64,000 nucleotides of DNA from Flavobacteriales bacterium (GTDB lineage Bacteria > Bacteroidota > Bacteroidia > Flavobacteriales_D > Sanyastnellaceae). The first letter of the stretch is position 1, and each line of letters opens with the position of its first letter. The position numbers and the translations under genes were made by a program. This document shows, in pieces, positions 1 to 8,190 of the stretch. Location of the stretch: positions 6,711-70,710 of the forward strand of contig CANGTU010000010.1 of the NCBI GenBank assembly GCA_947456965.1, in the 5' to 3' direction. The notes under the pieces were generated by a model. That model did no database searches. It had not been told where the DNA came from and saw only the letters and a list, made by a program, of their open reading frames with translations.

Positions 1-751
1 GTGGAGTAACAGCAGCGTACCTGGCAGGCTGGCTCCGGCTCACTGTGCTGTCGAATTCGTCCGGACCCGCGATAACCTCCAGCAGGAGAGCCGCGTCCTC
101 TACGGAAGCCGTCATCGGGCCGATCTGGTCAAAACTCGAAGCATAGGCAATGAGCCCATGTCGACTGACCCGGCCATACGTGGGCTTGAGTCCGACGATC
201 CCGGTGATGGACGCCGGCTGACGAATGGAACCCCCGGTGTCACTTCCCAGCGCTGCATGGCAGAGGTCGGCGGCCACAGCTGCGGCTGAACCACCTGATG
301 AACCGCCAGGCACAGTGGCCGTGTTGAAGGGGTTGAGCACAGGTCCGTAGGCAGAGTTTTCATTGGACGAGCCCATGGCAAACTCATCGCAATTGCACCG
401 TCCGATGATGATTGCGTCTTCCGCAACCAGCCTGTCGACGGCTGTGGCAGAATAGAGCGACTCAAACCCCTCGAGAATGCGCGATGAAGCTGAAACCTTA
501 TGTCCCTGATAACAGATATTGTCTTTGATGCCAATTACCATCCCCGCCAAACGGCCGGCCTTTCCTGCTCGACGTTTTTCATCGATCCTGTGAGCTGCGG
601 CCATGGCCTCATCTCCCCAGACTTCGAGGAAAGCGTTGAGATGAGCATGACTCTCAATCCGGTCCAGATAATACTGGACCAGGCCTGGGAGTGTCTCCAC
701 CCCGGAGGCGAGGTCTGAACGGATCTCGGATAGACAGCGGTAGCGCTTCAC
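1..751 (-). CDS. gatA: Glu-tRNA(Gln)/Asp-tRNA(Asn) amidotransferase subunit A, N-terminal ~250 aa (C-terminus lies beyond the left window edge)
   Basis: Absent from the ORF track because it runs off the edge. Reverse-strand translation from GTG at 751 gives VKRYRCLSEIRSDLASG...HLNAFLEVW...GMVIGIKDNICYQGHKVSASSRILEGF...GGSSGGSAAAVAADLCHAALGSDTGGSIRQPASITGIVGLKPTYGRVSRHGLIAYASSFDQIGP. This contains the amidase signature typical of GatA. The ORF opens 15 nt after the tatA stop. Confidence 0.9.
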   Translation of the reverse strand, partial: MKRYRCLSEIRSDLASGVETLPGLVQYYLDRIESHAHLNAFLEVWGDEAMAAAHRIDEKRRAGKAGRLAGMVIGIKDNICYQGHKVSASSRILEGFESLYSATAVDRLVAEDAIIIGRCNCDEFAMGSSNENSAYGPVLNPFNTATVPGGSSGGSAAAVAADLCHAALGSDTGGSIRQPASITGIVGLKPTYGRVSRHGLIAYASSFDQIGPMTASVEDAALLLEVIAGPDEFDSTVSRSQPARYAAVTP

Positions 752-766
752 AAGCAGGCCTTGCGC

Positions 767-940
767 TTACTTGTTCTCAATCTGCTCCTTGCTCTCGGGG
801 CTCTCTCCCTTGCTGGCGTCCTTGAATTCCTTCACGCCGCGGCCCAGGCCGCGCATGAGTTCAGGAATTTTCTTTCCTCCAAAGAGCAGGAGGATGATAG
901 CGAGGATCAGGATGATCTCAGTTGGTCCGATTTTGCCCAT
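767..940 (-). CDS. tatA: twin-arginine translocase TatA/TatE family subunit (57 aa)
   Basis: ORF below the track size cutoff: [57 protein letters not shown]. It has one N-terminal TM helix followed by the FGxKKxPELxRxLG amphipathic motif of TatA. Confidence 0.85.
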   Translation of the reverse strand: MGKIGPTEIILILAIILLLFGGKKIPELMRGLGRGVKEFKDASKGESPESKEQIENK

Positions 941-1015
941 GATGTGCTGATTCTGACCCCTGTCGGGGGATGCGCAAAGATAGGTACTGACCGCCCCGTA
1001 TCACGGGCTAGCCAA

Positions 1016-1044
1016 CAAAAAAGCCGCCGGATATGCCGGCGGCT
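1016..1044 (-). terminator. Rho-independent terminator downstream of tRNA-Cys
   Basis: On the minus strand, AGCCGCCGG-CATAT-CCGGCGGCT forms a 9-bp GC-rich stem (plus coordinates 1022-1044). It is followed by TTTTTTG (1016-1021). Confidence 0.6.
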
Positions 1045-1049
1045 GCCTG

Positions 1050-1120
1050 AGGTCCCGAGCGGATTCGAACCGCTGTAGCAGCTTTTGCAGAGCTGAGCCT
1101 AGCCACTCGGCCACAGGACC
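1050..1120 (-). tRNA. tRNA-Cys (anticodon GCA), CCA not encoded
   Basis: Minus strand: GGTCCTGTGGCCGAGTGGCTAGGCTCAGCTCTGCAAAAGCTGCTACAGCGGTTCGAATCCGCTCGGGACCT. The 7-bp acceptor stem has one G-U pair. The anticodon stem is CAGCT/AGCTG with loop CTGCAAA. The T arm is AGCGG-TTCGAAT-CCGCT. Confidence 0.85.
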
Positions 1121-1138
1121 CTTTCGCGAGTGCGGCGG

Positions 1139-1146
1139 CAAATATA
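1139..1146 (-). promoter_or_regulatory. candidate Bacteroidota -7 promoter box (TATATTTG) for tRNA-Cys
   Basis: The minus strand reads TATATTTG, matching the TAnnTTTG consensus, 18 nt upstream of the tRNA 5' end. No clear -33 TTTG is present. Confidence 0.3.
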
Positions 1147-1264
1147 ATCGGGATTGGGGTCTGCTTCAGAGGTTTTCAACGCTGACAAAAGAATAAAACA
1201 CGCCACGGTCGCGGTCGGCGGCTCCATACCGCGACTATTTTTGTCCTGTACTAATCTACTTATC

Positions 1265-2137
1265 ATGAGCAACAAGGTATATATCGGAACCATCGCTGTG
1301 TTGGTAGCCATCCTCGGATACATGGCCTACCTGCTCAATCAGAAGAACGAAACCATTGTGTATATCGACCGGGAGAAGAATGCCGTCATGGATGAGCGCG
1401 ATCTGCTGCTGATGGACCTCGAAAACATGAAAATGGCCTACGACACACTCCAGACTGACAATGCGGATATGCAGTCCAAGATCGAGGAGCAGCAGGAAGA
1501 ACTCGCCTCGCTGCTGAAAAAGGTAAAGAACCGCGACTACGATATCCGCAAGCTGAAAGCCGAGGCAGAAACTCTCCGCACGATCATGAAGGGTTATATC
1601 CATCAGATTGATTCCCTTCAGCAGGCCAACGACCGGCTGATTGCAGAAAATCAAGCCGAGCGGAACAGAGCCAATCAGGCCGAGAGCCGAAGCCAGGAAC
1701 TGGAGTCCGACCTGAGCAAGCGCAATGAAATCATTAGCAAGGGATCCGTCCTCTCCACCGGCAGCTACAGCAATACAGGCATCAATCTGAGGAGCAGTGG
1801 CAAGCAGGTGGACACCGACCGTGCGTCGAGATCAGAGATGCTCAAATCCTGCTTTACGGTACGTAAAAATGCCATCGTCAAGTCGGGTTCCAAAACCTTG
1901 TACCTCCGCATTATTGCGCCTGATGGATCCGTCCTTCCCGGCAAAGAAAGCGGCACGTTTACCATTGACGGTAAGCCAGAGGTAGCAAGCGTTTCCCGCG
2001 AAATCGACTATCAAGGGCAGGATACTGACGTTTGCGTCTATTACACCGCTCAGGGAGAACTTAAGAAGGGAAGCTATAAAATCTACGTTTACGAGAGCAA
2101 CAATCTTATTGGTCAGTCCGACCTGGTCCTGAAGTGA
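1265..2137 (+). CDS. hypothetical membrane-anchored coiled-coil protein (290 aa)
   Basis: ORF 1154..2137, but the first ATG at 1265 (MSNKVYIGTIAVLVAILGYMAYLL) gives an N-terminal TM anchor. This is followed by a ~150-aa heptad-like Q/E/L-rich segment and a beta-rich C-terminal domain. No family recognised. Confidence 0.7.
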   Translation: MSNKVYIGTIAVLVAILGYMAYLLNQKNETIVYIDREKNAVMDERDLLLMDLENMKMAYDTLQTDNADMQSKIEEQQEELASLLKKVKNRDYDIRKLKAEAETLRTIMKGYIHQIDSLQQANDRLIAENQAERNRANQAESRSQELESDLSKRNEIISKGSVLSTGSYSNTGINLRSSGKQVDTDRASRSEMLKSCFTVRKNAIVKSGSKTLYLRIIAPDGSVLPGKESGTFTIDGKPEVASVSREIDYQGQDTDVCVYYTAQGELKKGSYKIYVYESNNLIGQSDLVLK

Positions 2138-2163
2138 CCTCCGGCCTTGTTCGCCCGAAACCA

Positions 2164-2194
2164 CAATGACCGCTTTGGCGGTTGTTGTTTTTTG
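2164..2194 (+). terminator. Rho-independent terminator after the 1265..2137 gene
   Basis: CAATGACCGC-TTTG-GCGGTTGTTG stem-loop (2164-2187, two G-U pairs) followed by TTTTTTG. Confidence 0.6.
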
Positions 2195-2532
2195 AGCCCT
2201 CGCAACTTCATGAAGAATACCACCCGAAGGCCCAGTTTCGCTCACTGAGCGAAATTTCTGGCACGCTCTCCCCGGCCAATGGCCTTTGCGCATCATGCGC
2301 ACCTGTCCTATGCATTGCCCTGAAGAAAACAATCACCTGGATACTCCAAGACAAAACCTTCTATATGCGGCGATCATACACCTACATGACGCCCACCTGA
2401 TCTCCCGCTGCCCCTTGGGGTATTCCGGTGGCTGGATATCCTGAGCATGCGCATGGTATGCCGTAACAAATCCCTGCAGAACAATTCTCCATAAGCCCAT
2501 AAATCTCTTGGTTTGTGAGAAAATAAAAAACC

Positions 2533-2904
2533 GTGGAATCAACCTCAGAAAACAATCGCCAAAAGGGTCAGCGCGCAGAAGACCTCGCCGCGGACCACTT
2601 GGCAAAAAAGGGATACCAGATTCTTTGCCGCAACTGGACCGCCGGTAAACTGGAGATTGACCTGATCGCTGCCAGCAAGACTCACCTCGCATTTGTGGAG
2701 GTCAAATCGAGGAGCTCACGGGCATTTGGCGCCCCCCTGGAAGCGGTGAACAGCGCCAAGCGCCGCTCAATTGTGCGGGCTGCGGATATCTACTTGTCCA
2801 GAAGTGACAATGCGCTCGAGCCTCGCTTTGACATCATCTCCATCGTCATGGAAACCCCACCTGAGATTGAGCACATTGAAGGCGCATTCTTTCCCCATGC
2901 CTGA
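2533..2904 (+). CDS. yraN: YraN family (UPF0102) endonuclease-like protein
   Basis: GQRAEDLAADHLAKKGYQILCRNWTAGKLEIDLIAASKTHLAFVEVKSRSS..FGAPLEAVNSAKRRSIVRAADIYL matches the YraN layout. GTG start; an in-frame stop lies 7 nt upstream. Confidence 0.85.
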   Translation: MESTSENNRQKGQRAEDLAADHLAKKGYQILCRNWTAGKLEIDLIAASKTHLAFVEVKSRSSRAFGAPLEAVNSAKRRSIVRAADIYLSRSDNALEPRFDIISIVMETPPEIEHIEGAFFPHA

Positions 2905-2949
2905 GCGGACCGGCCAAATCAGACTACCTTTGGAAACTGATTATTGTCC

Positions 2950-3801
2950 ATGGCATCCTCATCCAAGCCCCAGCGCAAACCCGGCAAAAAAAGTTCCTCC
3001 ACCGGGCCCGCCGGTAAGGCCGAAAACCCTTTGTACAAACCGTTCAACCCGAAGAAGGCTTTTATTTCCAAAACCGAACGGGAAGGTCTTGTACGGCTCA
3101 ATCGTTACCTGTCCAATGCCGGTATCGCCTCTCGTCGGGAGGCAGACGAACTCATCGAGCTCGGGCTGGTTTCGGTCAATGGCGAAGTGATCCGGGAGCT
3201 TGGCACGAAGGTCGATCCACAGAAGGATGTGGTGAAGTACGATGATGCAGTCATCAGGCCGGAGCGCTTTCGCTATGTGCTGCTCAACAAACCTAAGGAC
3301 TACATCACCACGGCCAAGGATCCTGAGGGGCGCCACACCGTTATGGAGCTGGTCACCTCTGCCTGTAAGGAGCGCATATACCCCGTAGGCCGTCTCGACC
3401 GCAATACAACCGGACTCTTGTTGTTCACCAATGACGGGGATCTTGCAAAGCGCCTGACTCATCCCAAGCACGGTTTTCCCAAACTATACCATGTGGAGCT
3501 TTCTGAAAAACTCTCTCGTGAAGATCTGGAAAAGCTGAGGTCTGGCATTACGCTGGAAGACGGATTCGTAAAAGCTGACGAAGTGGATTATACAGGAGAG
3601 GCGAAAGACCAGAAACAAGTTGGAATTCGCATCCACAGTGGCCGCAACCGAATCGTCCGGCGAATGTTCGAGCACCTTGGTTACACGGTGCGCAAGCTCG
3701 ACCGGGTCATGTTCGCGGGATTGACCAAGAAGGACCTGCCACGCGGACGGTATCGTCATCTCACTGAACAGGAGGTAGGATTCCTGAAGATGATTCGATA
3801 G
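2950..3801 (+). CDS. rluB: 23S rRNA pseudouridine synthase, RsuA/RluB family
   Basis: S4 domain (LNRYLSNAGIASRREADELIELGLVSVNGEVI) plus the catalytic motif GRLDRNTTGLLLFTNDGDLAKRLTHPKH. The track ORF starts with TTG at 2944; the first ATG is at 2950. Confidence 0.9.
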   Translation: MASSSKPQRKPGKKSSSTGPAGKAENPLYKPFNPKKAFISKTEREGLVRLNRYLSNAGIASRREADELIELGLVSVNGEVIRELGTKVDPQKDVVKYDDAVIRPERFRYVLLNKPKDYITTAKDPEGRHTVMELVTSACKERIYPVGRLDRNTTGLLLFTNDGDLAKRLTHPKHGFPKLYHVELSEKLSREDLEKLRSGITLEDGFVKADEVDYTGEAKDQKQVGIRIHSGRNRIVRRMFEHLGYTVRKLDRVMFAGLTKKDLPRGRYRHLTEQEVGFLKMIR

Positions 3802-3803
3802 GC

Positions 3804-4478
3804 ATGCTCCCGGAGGCCACACCGAGACCTGATTTGCTCCTTGCTGAAGACTGGACGTTCATCGTGTTCCTGTCGTGTTTTTCTCTCATGGCCTGGTCTC
3901 GCTTGTATGAGCCCGGACAGCTCCGTCGGATGATGAACAGCGCCTTCAACATCCGTCTCATGCGTCAGGAGATGCGGGAGGAGACCCAGCATCGCGTGAC
4001 CCGCCTTGTTTATTTCTCCATATTCTGCATGATGGGGGGGATGGTTCTGTACTATGGCATTGCATTATCCGGCGTGCACCTGCCGCCAGATGCTCCCGGG
4101 CTGGTGGTGTACATCATCCTGACTGGTTCCTTAGGCCTGCTCTATCTGGGTAAGGCAATAATGATCCGCCTGGCCTCACTCATTGCCGGAGGCGACTTCT
4201 CCCTTTCCGAGTATTTATATTCTATGAATCACCTGAATCAGGTCGCTGGTCTGGCCTTGATTCCGTTCATGCTCCTCACCTCCTATTACACGCCTGACCT
4301 CGCGCGCTGGACATTCGCCGGCGCGATAGTGGTCTTCGGAGCGCTGCTGGTGTACAGATGGCTGAGGGGTACCATTCATGCCCTCAGGGCAGGTGTCCCA
4401 AGCTTCTACATCTTTTTCTACCTTTGCACCCTCGAAATCTTACCTCTCGCGGTGGCAGCCAAGGCCATAGCCCAATGA
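3804..4478 (+). CDS. polytopic membrane protein, DUF4271-like
   Basis: Five or six hydrophobic helices. It sits immediately upstream of hemD, which is the usual DUF4271 context in Bacteroidota as I recall it. Confidence 0.7.
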   Translation: MLPEATPRPDLLLAEDWTFIVFLSCFSLMAWSRLYEPGQLRRMMNSAFNIRLMRQEMREETQHRVTRLVYFSIFCMMGGMVLYYGIALSGVHLPPDAPGLVVYIILTGSLGLLYLGKAIMIRLASLIAGGDFSLSEYLYSMNHLNQVAGLALIPFMLLTSYYTPDLARWTFAGAIVVFGALLVYRWLRGTIHALRAGVPSFYIFFYLCTLEILPLAVAAKAIAQ

Positions 4479-4531
4479 AGCTCCCGGGATCGAGTCAGTG
4501 AGAACAGAAACAACTGAGGAAGACCTTAACT

Positions 4532-5278
4532 ATGGCCGATCGCGTCAAGACGGTACTCATTACCCAACAGGATCCGGGTTCTGACAAGAACCCTTACTCT
4601 GAGCTCGCGAAAAAGTACAAGCTCAAGATTGACTACCGTCCTTTCATTCACGTGGAGGGTGTAGAGTCGCTGGACTTTCGTCAACAGCGCGTGGATGTGC
4701 TTGAGCATACCGCCGTCATCTTTACCAGCCGGAATGCCGTTGACCACTTCTTCCGGTTGTCCAGGGAACTGCGCATTACCATCCCCGACACGATGAAGTA
4801 CTTCTGTATGTCGGAGGCGATTGCCTTTTATCTCCAGAAGTACATTCAGTATCGCAAAAGAAAGATTTTTTATGGCAACGGCAAGTTCAATGAACTGATG
4901 GATTCGATCAAGAAGCACAAGTCAGAGAGCTTCCTCCTTCCTTGTTCAGACATTCTGAAGCCAAGCATTCCCGAAACGCTCGAAAAGGAAAGCATACGCT
5001 TCACTAAGGCCATGATGTACCGCACCGTTTGCAGTGACCTTTCAGATCTGGCTGATGTGAAATACGATATGCTCGTTTTCTTCTCTCCATCTGACATTGA
5101 GTCCCTGTTCAAGAATTTCCCTGACTTTAAGCAAAACACCACGCGCATTGCGGTGTTCGGTCCCACCACGGCACAGGCCGTACAAGATGCCAATCTCCGG
5201 ATCGATGTAATGGCTCCAAATCCCAAGGCCCCCAGCATGAGTATGGCCATTGAGCAGTACATCCAGGAGCATAAGTAA
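4532..5278 (+). CDS. hemD: uroporphyrinogen-III synthase
   Basis: Close resemblance throughout to Bacteroidota HemD (FIHVEGV...DFRQQRVDVLEHTAVIFTSRNAVDHFFRL...MKYFC.SEA.A.YLQKY..YRKRKIF.GNGKF..L; FFSPS.I.SL.KNFPDF). Confidence 0.85.
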   Translation: MADRVKTVLITQQDPGSDKNPYSELAKKYKLKIDYRPFIHVEGVESLDFRQQRVDVLEHTAVIFTSRNAVDHFFRLSRELRITIPDTMKYFCMSEAIAFYLQKYIQYRKRKIFYGNGKFNELMDSIKKHKSESFLLPCSDILKPSIPETLEKESIRFTKAMMYRTVCSDLSDLADVKYDMLVFFSPSDIESLFKNFPDFKQNTTRIAVFGPTTAQAVQDANLRIDVMAPNPKAPSMSMAIEQYIQEHK

Positions 5279-5374
5279 TTCCGCATATTTCCGCATACTT
5301 TATGCCTGCCCGCCGAAGCCGGGATCGTGTTCCTTTGCCCGCCCTGACCGGTCCTTCCCGGAAGGAACAGATGC

Positions 5375-6487
5375 ATGCACGAGCGGGTTTGCCAAATCGC
5401 CTTAGCCTTGACCACCGGAATCGGTCCGGTTCGTGCGCGCTCGCTGGTCGCCCGATTTGGCACCGCTGAGAATATTTTTCGCACCCCACGCAAAGAACTC
5501 GCCCGGGTCCCCGATGTAGGTCCGGCATCAGCCGCGGCGCTGGCTGACAAGCACCTGATGACCCGTGCTGAAGCGGAATTCCGGTTTGCGGAAGAGGCCC
5601 AGCTCAGTCTGATTTTCCTGAATGAACCAGCCTATCCTGATCGGTTGCGGCTCTGTGCTGATGCGCCTGTGCTCCTCTACACGCGTGGACGAATGGACCT
5701 GAACAGCACACGCATCATAAGCATCGTGGGTACCCGCACAGCCACGAGCTACGGTAAACAATTCTGTGAAGAACTGGTAGCTGCTGTGGCGCCCTACTCC
5801 CCGCTCGTAGTGAGCGGGCTGGCGTATGGCATCGACATCTGCGCCCATCGTGCTTGCATCAGCCGCAAGGTGGCTACGGTCGCTTGCATGGCTCATGGGC
5901 ATGACCGCATCTACCCCATGATGCATGCCTCCGTAGCGCAGAAAATGATGGAGCGCGGCGGACTTGTGACCGAATTCCCTTCCGGCACGCGACCCGACAG
6001 GGAGTTGTTTCCCATGCGCAACCGCATCATTGCCGGCATGTCCGACTGCACTGTTGTGGTAGAAACTGACGAACGCGGTGGAAGTATGATTACCGCGCAC
6101 TTCGCGCATGGCTACGGGAGAGAAGTATATGCCCTCCCTGGCCGCTACCACGATCTTCATAGCCGCGGGTGCAATCAGCTTATTCGGCGCAATGTGGCCG
6201 GCATCCTGACGCGGCCGGAGGACCTTGTGGACGAGCTTGGCTGGACTGCCCCGGCAGACAAGGCGGGCAATCAGGTCAGCTTGTTTGACTCACCGGCAAC
6301 GCCAGAAGAAAAGGCGCTGATCGCAGCCCTGCGCATCCATGGTGAGGCCCACCTCGATGACATCGTGCTCGCCTCCGGTTTAGGCTCGGGAGCTGCGTGT
6401 GCGGCACTTCTCGACCTTGAGTTCCGCGGTATCATCCGCACGCTCCCCGGCAAACGCTTCACTCTGCAAACGAAGGGACATCGCTGA
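5375..6487 (+). CDS. dprA: DNA-processing protein DprA (Smf)
   Basis: N-terminal helix-hairpin-helix-like segment (LALTTGIGPVRARSLVARFG). Rossmann core with IVGTR.AT.YG, SGLAYGIDICAHRAC, and NRIIAGMSD..VVVE...GGSMITA. Confidence 0.9.
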   Translation: MHERVCQIALALTTGIGPVRARSLVARFGTAENIFRTPRKELARVPDVGPASAAALADKHLMTRAEAEFRFAEEAQLSLIFLNEPAYPDRLRLCADAPVLLYTRGRMDLNSTRIISIVGTRTATSYGKQFCEELVAAVAPYSPLVVSGLAYGIDICAHRACISRKVATVACMAHGHDRIYPMMHASVAQKMMERGGLVTEFPSGTRPDRELFPMRNRIIAGMSDCTVVVETDERGGSMITAHFAHGYGREVYALPGRYHDLHSRGCNQLIRRNVAGILTRPEDLVDELGWTAPADKAGNQVSLFDSPATPEEKALIAALRIHGEAHLDDIVLASGLGSGAACAALLDLEFRGIIRTLPGKRFTLQTKGHR

Positions 6488-6649
6488 GTGTGGTGAACAA
6501 ACTGCTCAGGCGACCACTAAATAAGCCTGAAGTCCTGAAAGGAGTGCAGCGTTCAATCAGCCGTCACTCAGGGGCGTTGTGACCGTTTCATATATCGCAC
6601 AGCCATTCGCGTAGCACGAAGACCTGCCGTCAGCAGTACCTTTGACCCA

Positions 6650-7624
6650 TTGAGTAAGCTGGAGACCATACAAGAGCCGATTGCGCGCGAGATGGAGGAG
6701 TTTGAGACTTTCTTCCGCCGATCCATGAAAAGCGATAATCTCCTCCTCGACAAAATTTCCCATTACATCATCCGGCGCAAGGGCAAGCAGATGCGCCCCA
6801 TGTTCGTATTTCTCTCCAGCAAACTTTGCGGAGGCGTAACCTCTTCTTCCTACACGGCGGCAGCCATGATTGAGTTGCTGCATACAGCCACCCTGGTGCA
6901 TGATGATGTAGTTGATGATGCTGAGACGCGCAGGGGGTTCTTTTCGATTAACGCCCTTTGGAAAAACAAGATTGCCGTGCTCGTTGGAGACTATCTCCTG
7001 TCTCGCGGGCTTCTCATGAGCATTGACGCTTCGGAGTTCAACCTCCTTCGCATTGTCAGTCATGCCGTGCGCGAAATGAGTGAAGGAGAATTGCTTCAGC
7101 AAGAGAAATCAAGACTTCTGAACATTACTGAAGAAGACTATTTCACCATCATCCGGCAGAAGACAGCCTCCCTCATTGCCGCATGCTGTGAAAGCGGTGC
7201 CTCCGCGGCTGGTGCAGATTCCGAACAACTCGCCCGGATGAAGGAGTTCGGCACTCTGGTGGGTCTGGCCTTTCAGATCAAGGACGACCTGTTCGACTAC
7301 GGCATGGGGCGAAACACCGGAAAAGCAACTGGGATTGATATAGCAGAGCGCAAAATGACCTTGCCGCTCATCCACACCCTGACGGTTGCAGACCGCTCCA
7401 CCGCGCGCAAGCTCGTGCAGGTAGTCAAGAACCACAACACCAGCGCTTCGCATGTCCGGTGGCTGACCAATACAGTGACAGAGGCCGGTGGAATTGATTA
7501 TTCCCGCAAAAAAATGGAAGAACTGCGCGACCGGGCAATTGACCTTCTGATGACCTTTGATGCCGGCGAAGCGCGCGAAGCACTTGCTACCCTTGTCCAT
7601 TTCACCATCAACCGAGAAAAATGA
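6650..7624 (+). CDS. ispB: polyprenyl diphosphate synthase (octaprenyl/solanesyl type)
   Basis: First DDxxD motif LLHTATLVHDDVVDDAETRRG and second motif FQIKDDLFDY. TTG start; no ATG or GTG lies upstream in the open frame. Confidence 0.9.
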   Translation: MSKLETIQEPIAREMEEFETFFRRSMKSDNLLLDKISHYIIRRKGKQMRPMFVFLSSKLCGGVTSSSYTAAAMIELLHTATLVHDDVVDDAETRRGFFSINALWKNKIAVLVGDYLLSRGLLMSIDASEFNLLRIVSHAVREMSEGELLQQEKSRLLNITEEDYFTIIRQKTASLIAACCESGASAAGADSEQLARMKEFGTLVGLAFQIKDDLFDYGMGRNTGKATGIDIAERKMTLPLIHTLTVADRSTARKLVQVVKNHNTSASHVRWLTNTVTEAGGIDYSRKKMEELRDRAIDLLMTFDAGEAREALATLVHFTINREK

Positions 7625-8091
7625 ATCCACTCATTCCGGCCGGGCTTGTGCTTATCACTCTCAGCTCTTGCGGAAATCCAACTGGCAAACAGGCCGCTAC
7701 GCGATCGGATGTGCTGGAAACCTGGGCTGACGGAAGCCCAAGGAAAACCGTTATCCGCGATGCGGCCACTAACGAGACCCTCTCGGAGATTGAATTATAT
7801 GACAACGAAACCACCTTCCGGGAGTGGAAATTCAAGGCCGGTTTAAAAAACGGAGAGTCGCGCTCATTCCGAGAAGACGGAAAGCCGTGGAGCCTGAACT
7901 CATACGTCAATGATACGCTGCACGGTCCATACCGCACCTGGCATGAAAACGGCCAGCTTTACATAGACGGCACCTACACCATGGGTGTGCGTTCGGGAAT
8001 CTGGAATTTCTACGCTCCAGATGGGCGGCTTGTGCGCACCCATGACTTCACTGCTGCCCCATCCATCATCGATACCACGGCTGCGCCATAG
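7621..8091 (+). CDS. MORN-repeat-variant lipoprotein (databases often label this YwqK family)
   Basis: Lipobox LITLSSC. Repeats of the G..Y.ENG.L...G.Y..G...G.W type (WHENGQLYIDGTYTMGVRSGIWNFYAPDGRL). Its ATGA overlaps the ispB stop. Confidence 0.8.
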   Translation: MNPLIPAGLVLITLSSCGNPTGKQAATRSDVLETWADGSPRKTVIRDAATNETLSEIELYDNETTFREWKFKAGLKNGESRSFREDGKPWSLNSYVNDTLHGPYRTWHENGQLYIDGTYTMGVRSGIWNFYAPDGRLVRTHDFTAAPSIIDTTAAP

Positions 8092-8138
8092 GTCCCATCC
8101 ACATCGATCCGTGGACAGAATGTCCGGTTGCATACTTC

Positions 8139-8163
8139 GCGGAATCGTTCCGCGTTTTTTTTT
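8139..8163 (+). terminator. Rho-independent terminator
   Basis: GCGGAA-TCG-TTCCGC followed by G and nine T residues. Confidence 0.65.
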
Positions 8164-8190
8164 GTATCCCCCAGTTATTTATCCCGTCCC

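Noticed and set aside
112-718. Track ORFs 112..534 (-) and 500..718 (+) at the left edge
   Set aside because: Both are alternative frames within gatA, whose true frame (minus, open to the window edge) carries the amidase signature. The tool did not list the true frame because it has no stop in the window.
1016-1200. tRNA-Cys and tRNA-Gln (9222-9292) as possible integration sites of mobile elements
   Set aside because: I looked for integrase or recombinase genes and for duplicated tRNA 3' halves (att repeats) on either side. The neighbours are housekeeping genes (tatA, gatA, a peptidoglycan hydrolase, ALDH), and I saw no partial tRNA repeat.
2333-2692. 119-aa minus-strand ORF spanning the 2.2-2.5 kb spacer and the yraN 5' end
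   Set aside because: It overlaps the well-supported yraN gene in antisense. Its composition is R/C/G-rich and it has no motif. The internal Met variant (55 aa) is equally unsupported.
4870-5550. 226-aa minus-strand ORF bridging the hemD 3' end, the spacer and the dprA 5' end
   Set aside because: It is antisense to two confidently called genes, with an S/A/R/G-rich low-information translation.
7621-8091. Possible toxin-antitoxin component, because MORN-variant proteins (also 27242-28810) are often labelled YwqK family antitoxin in databases
   Set aside because: No adjacent toxin-like gene exists. Both proteins carry export signals (a lipobox and a signal peptide) and consist only of MORN-type repeats. 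The antitoxin label is an annotation-transfer habit, not evidence for a TA system here.
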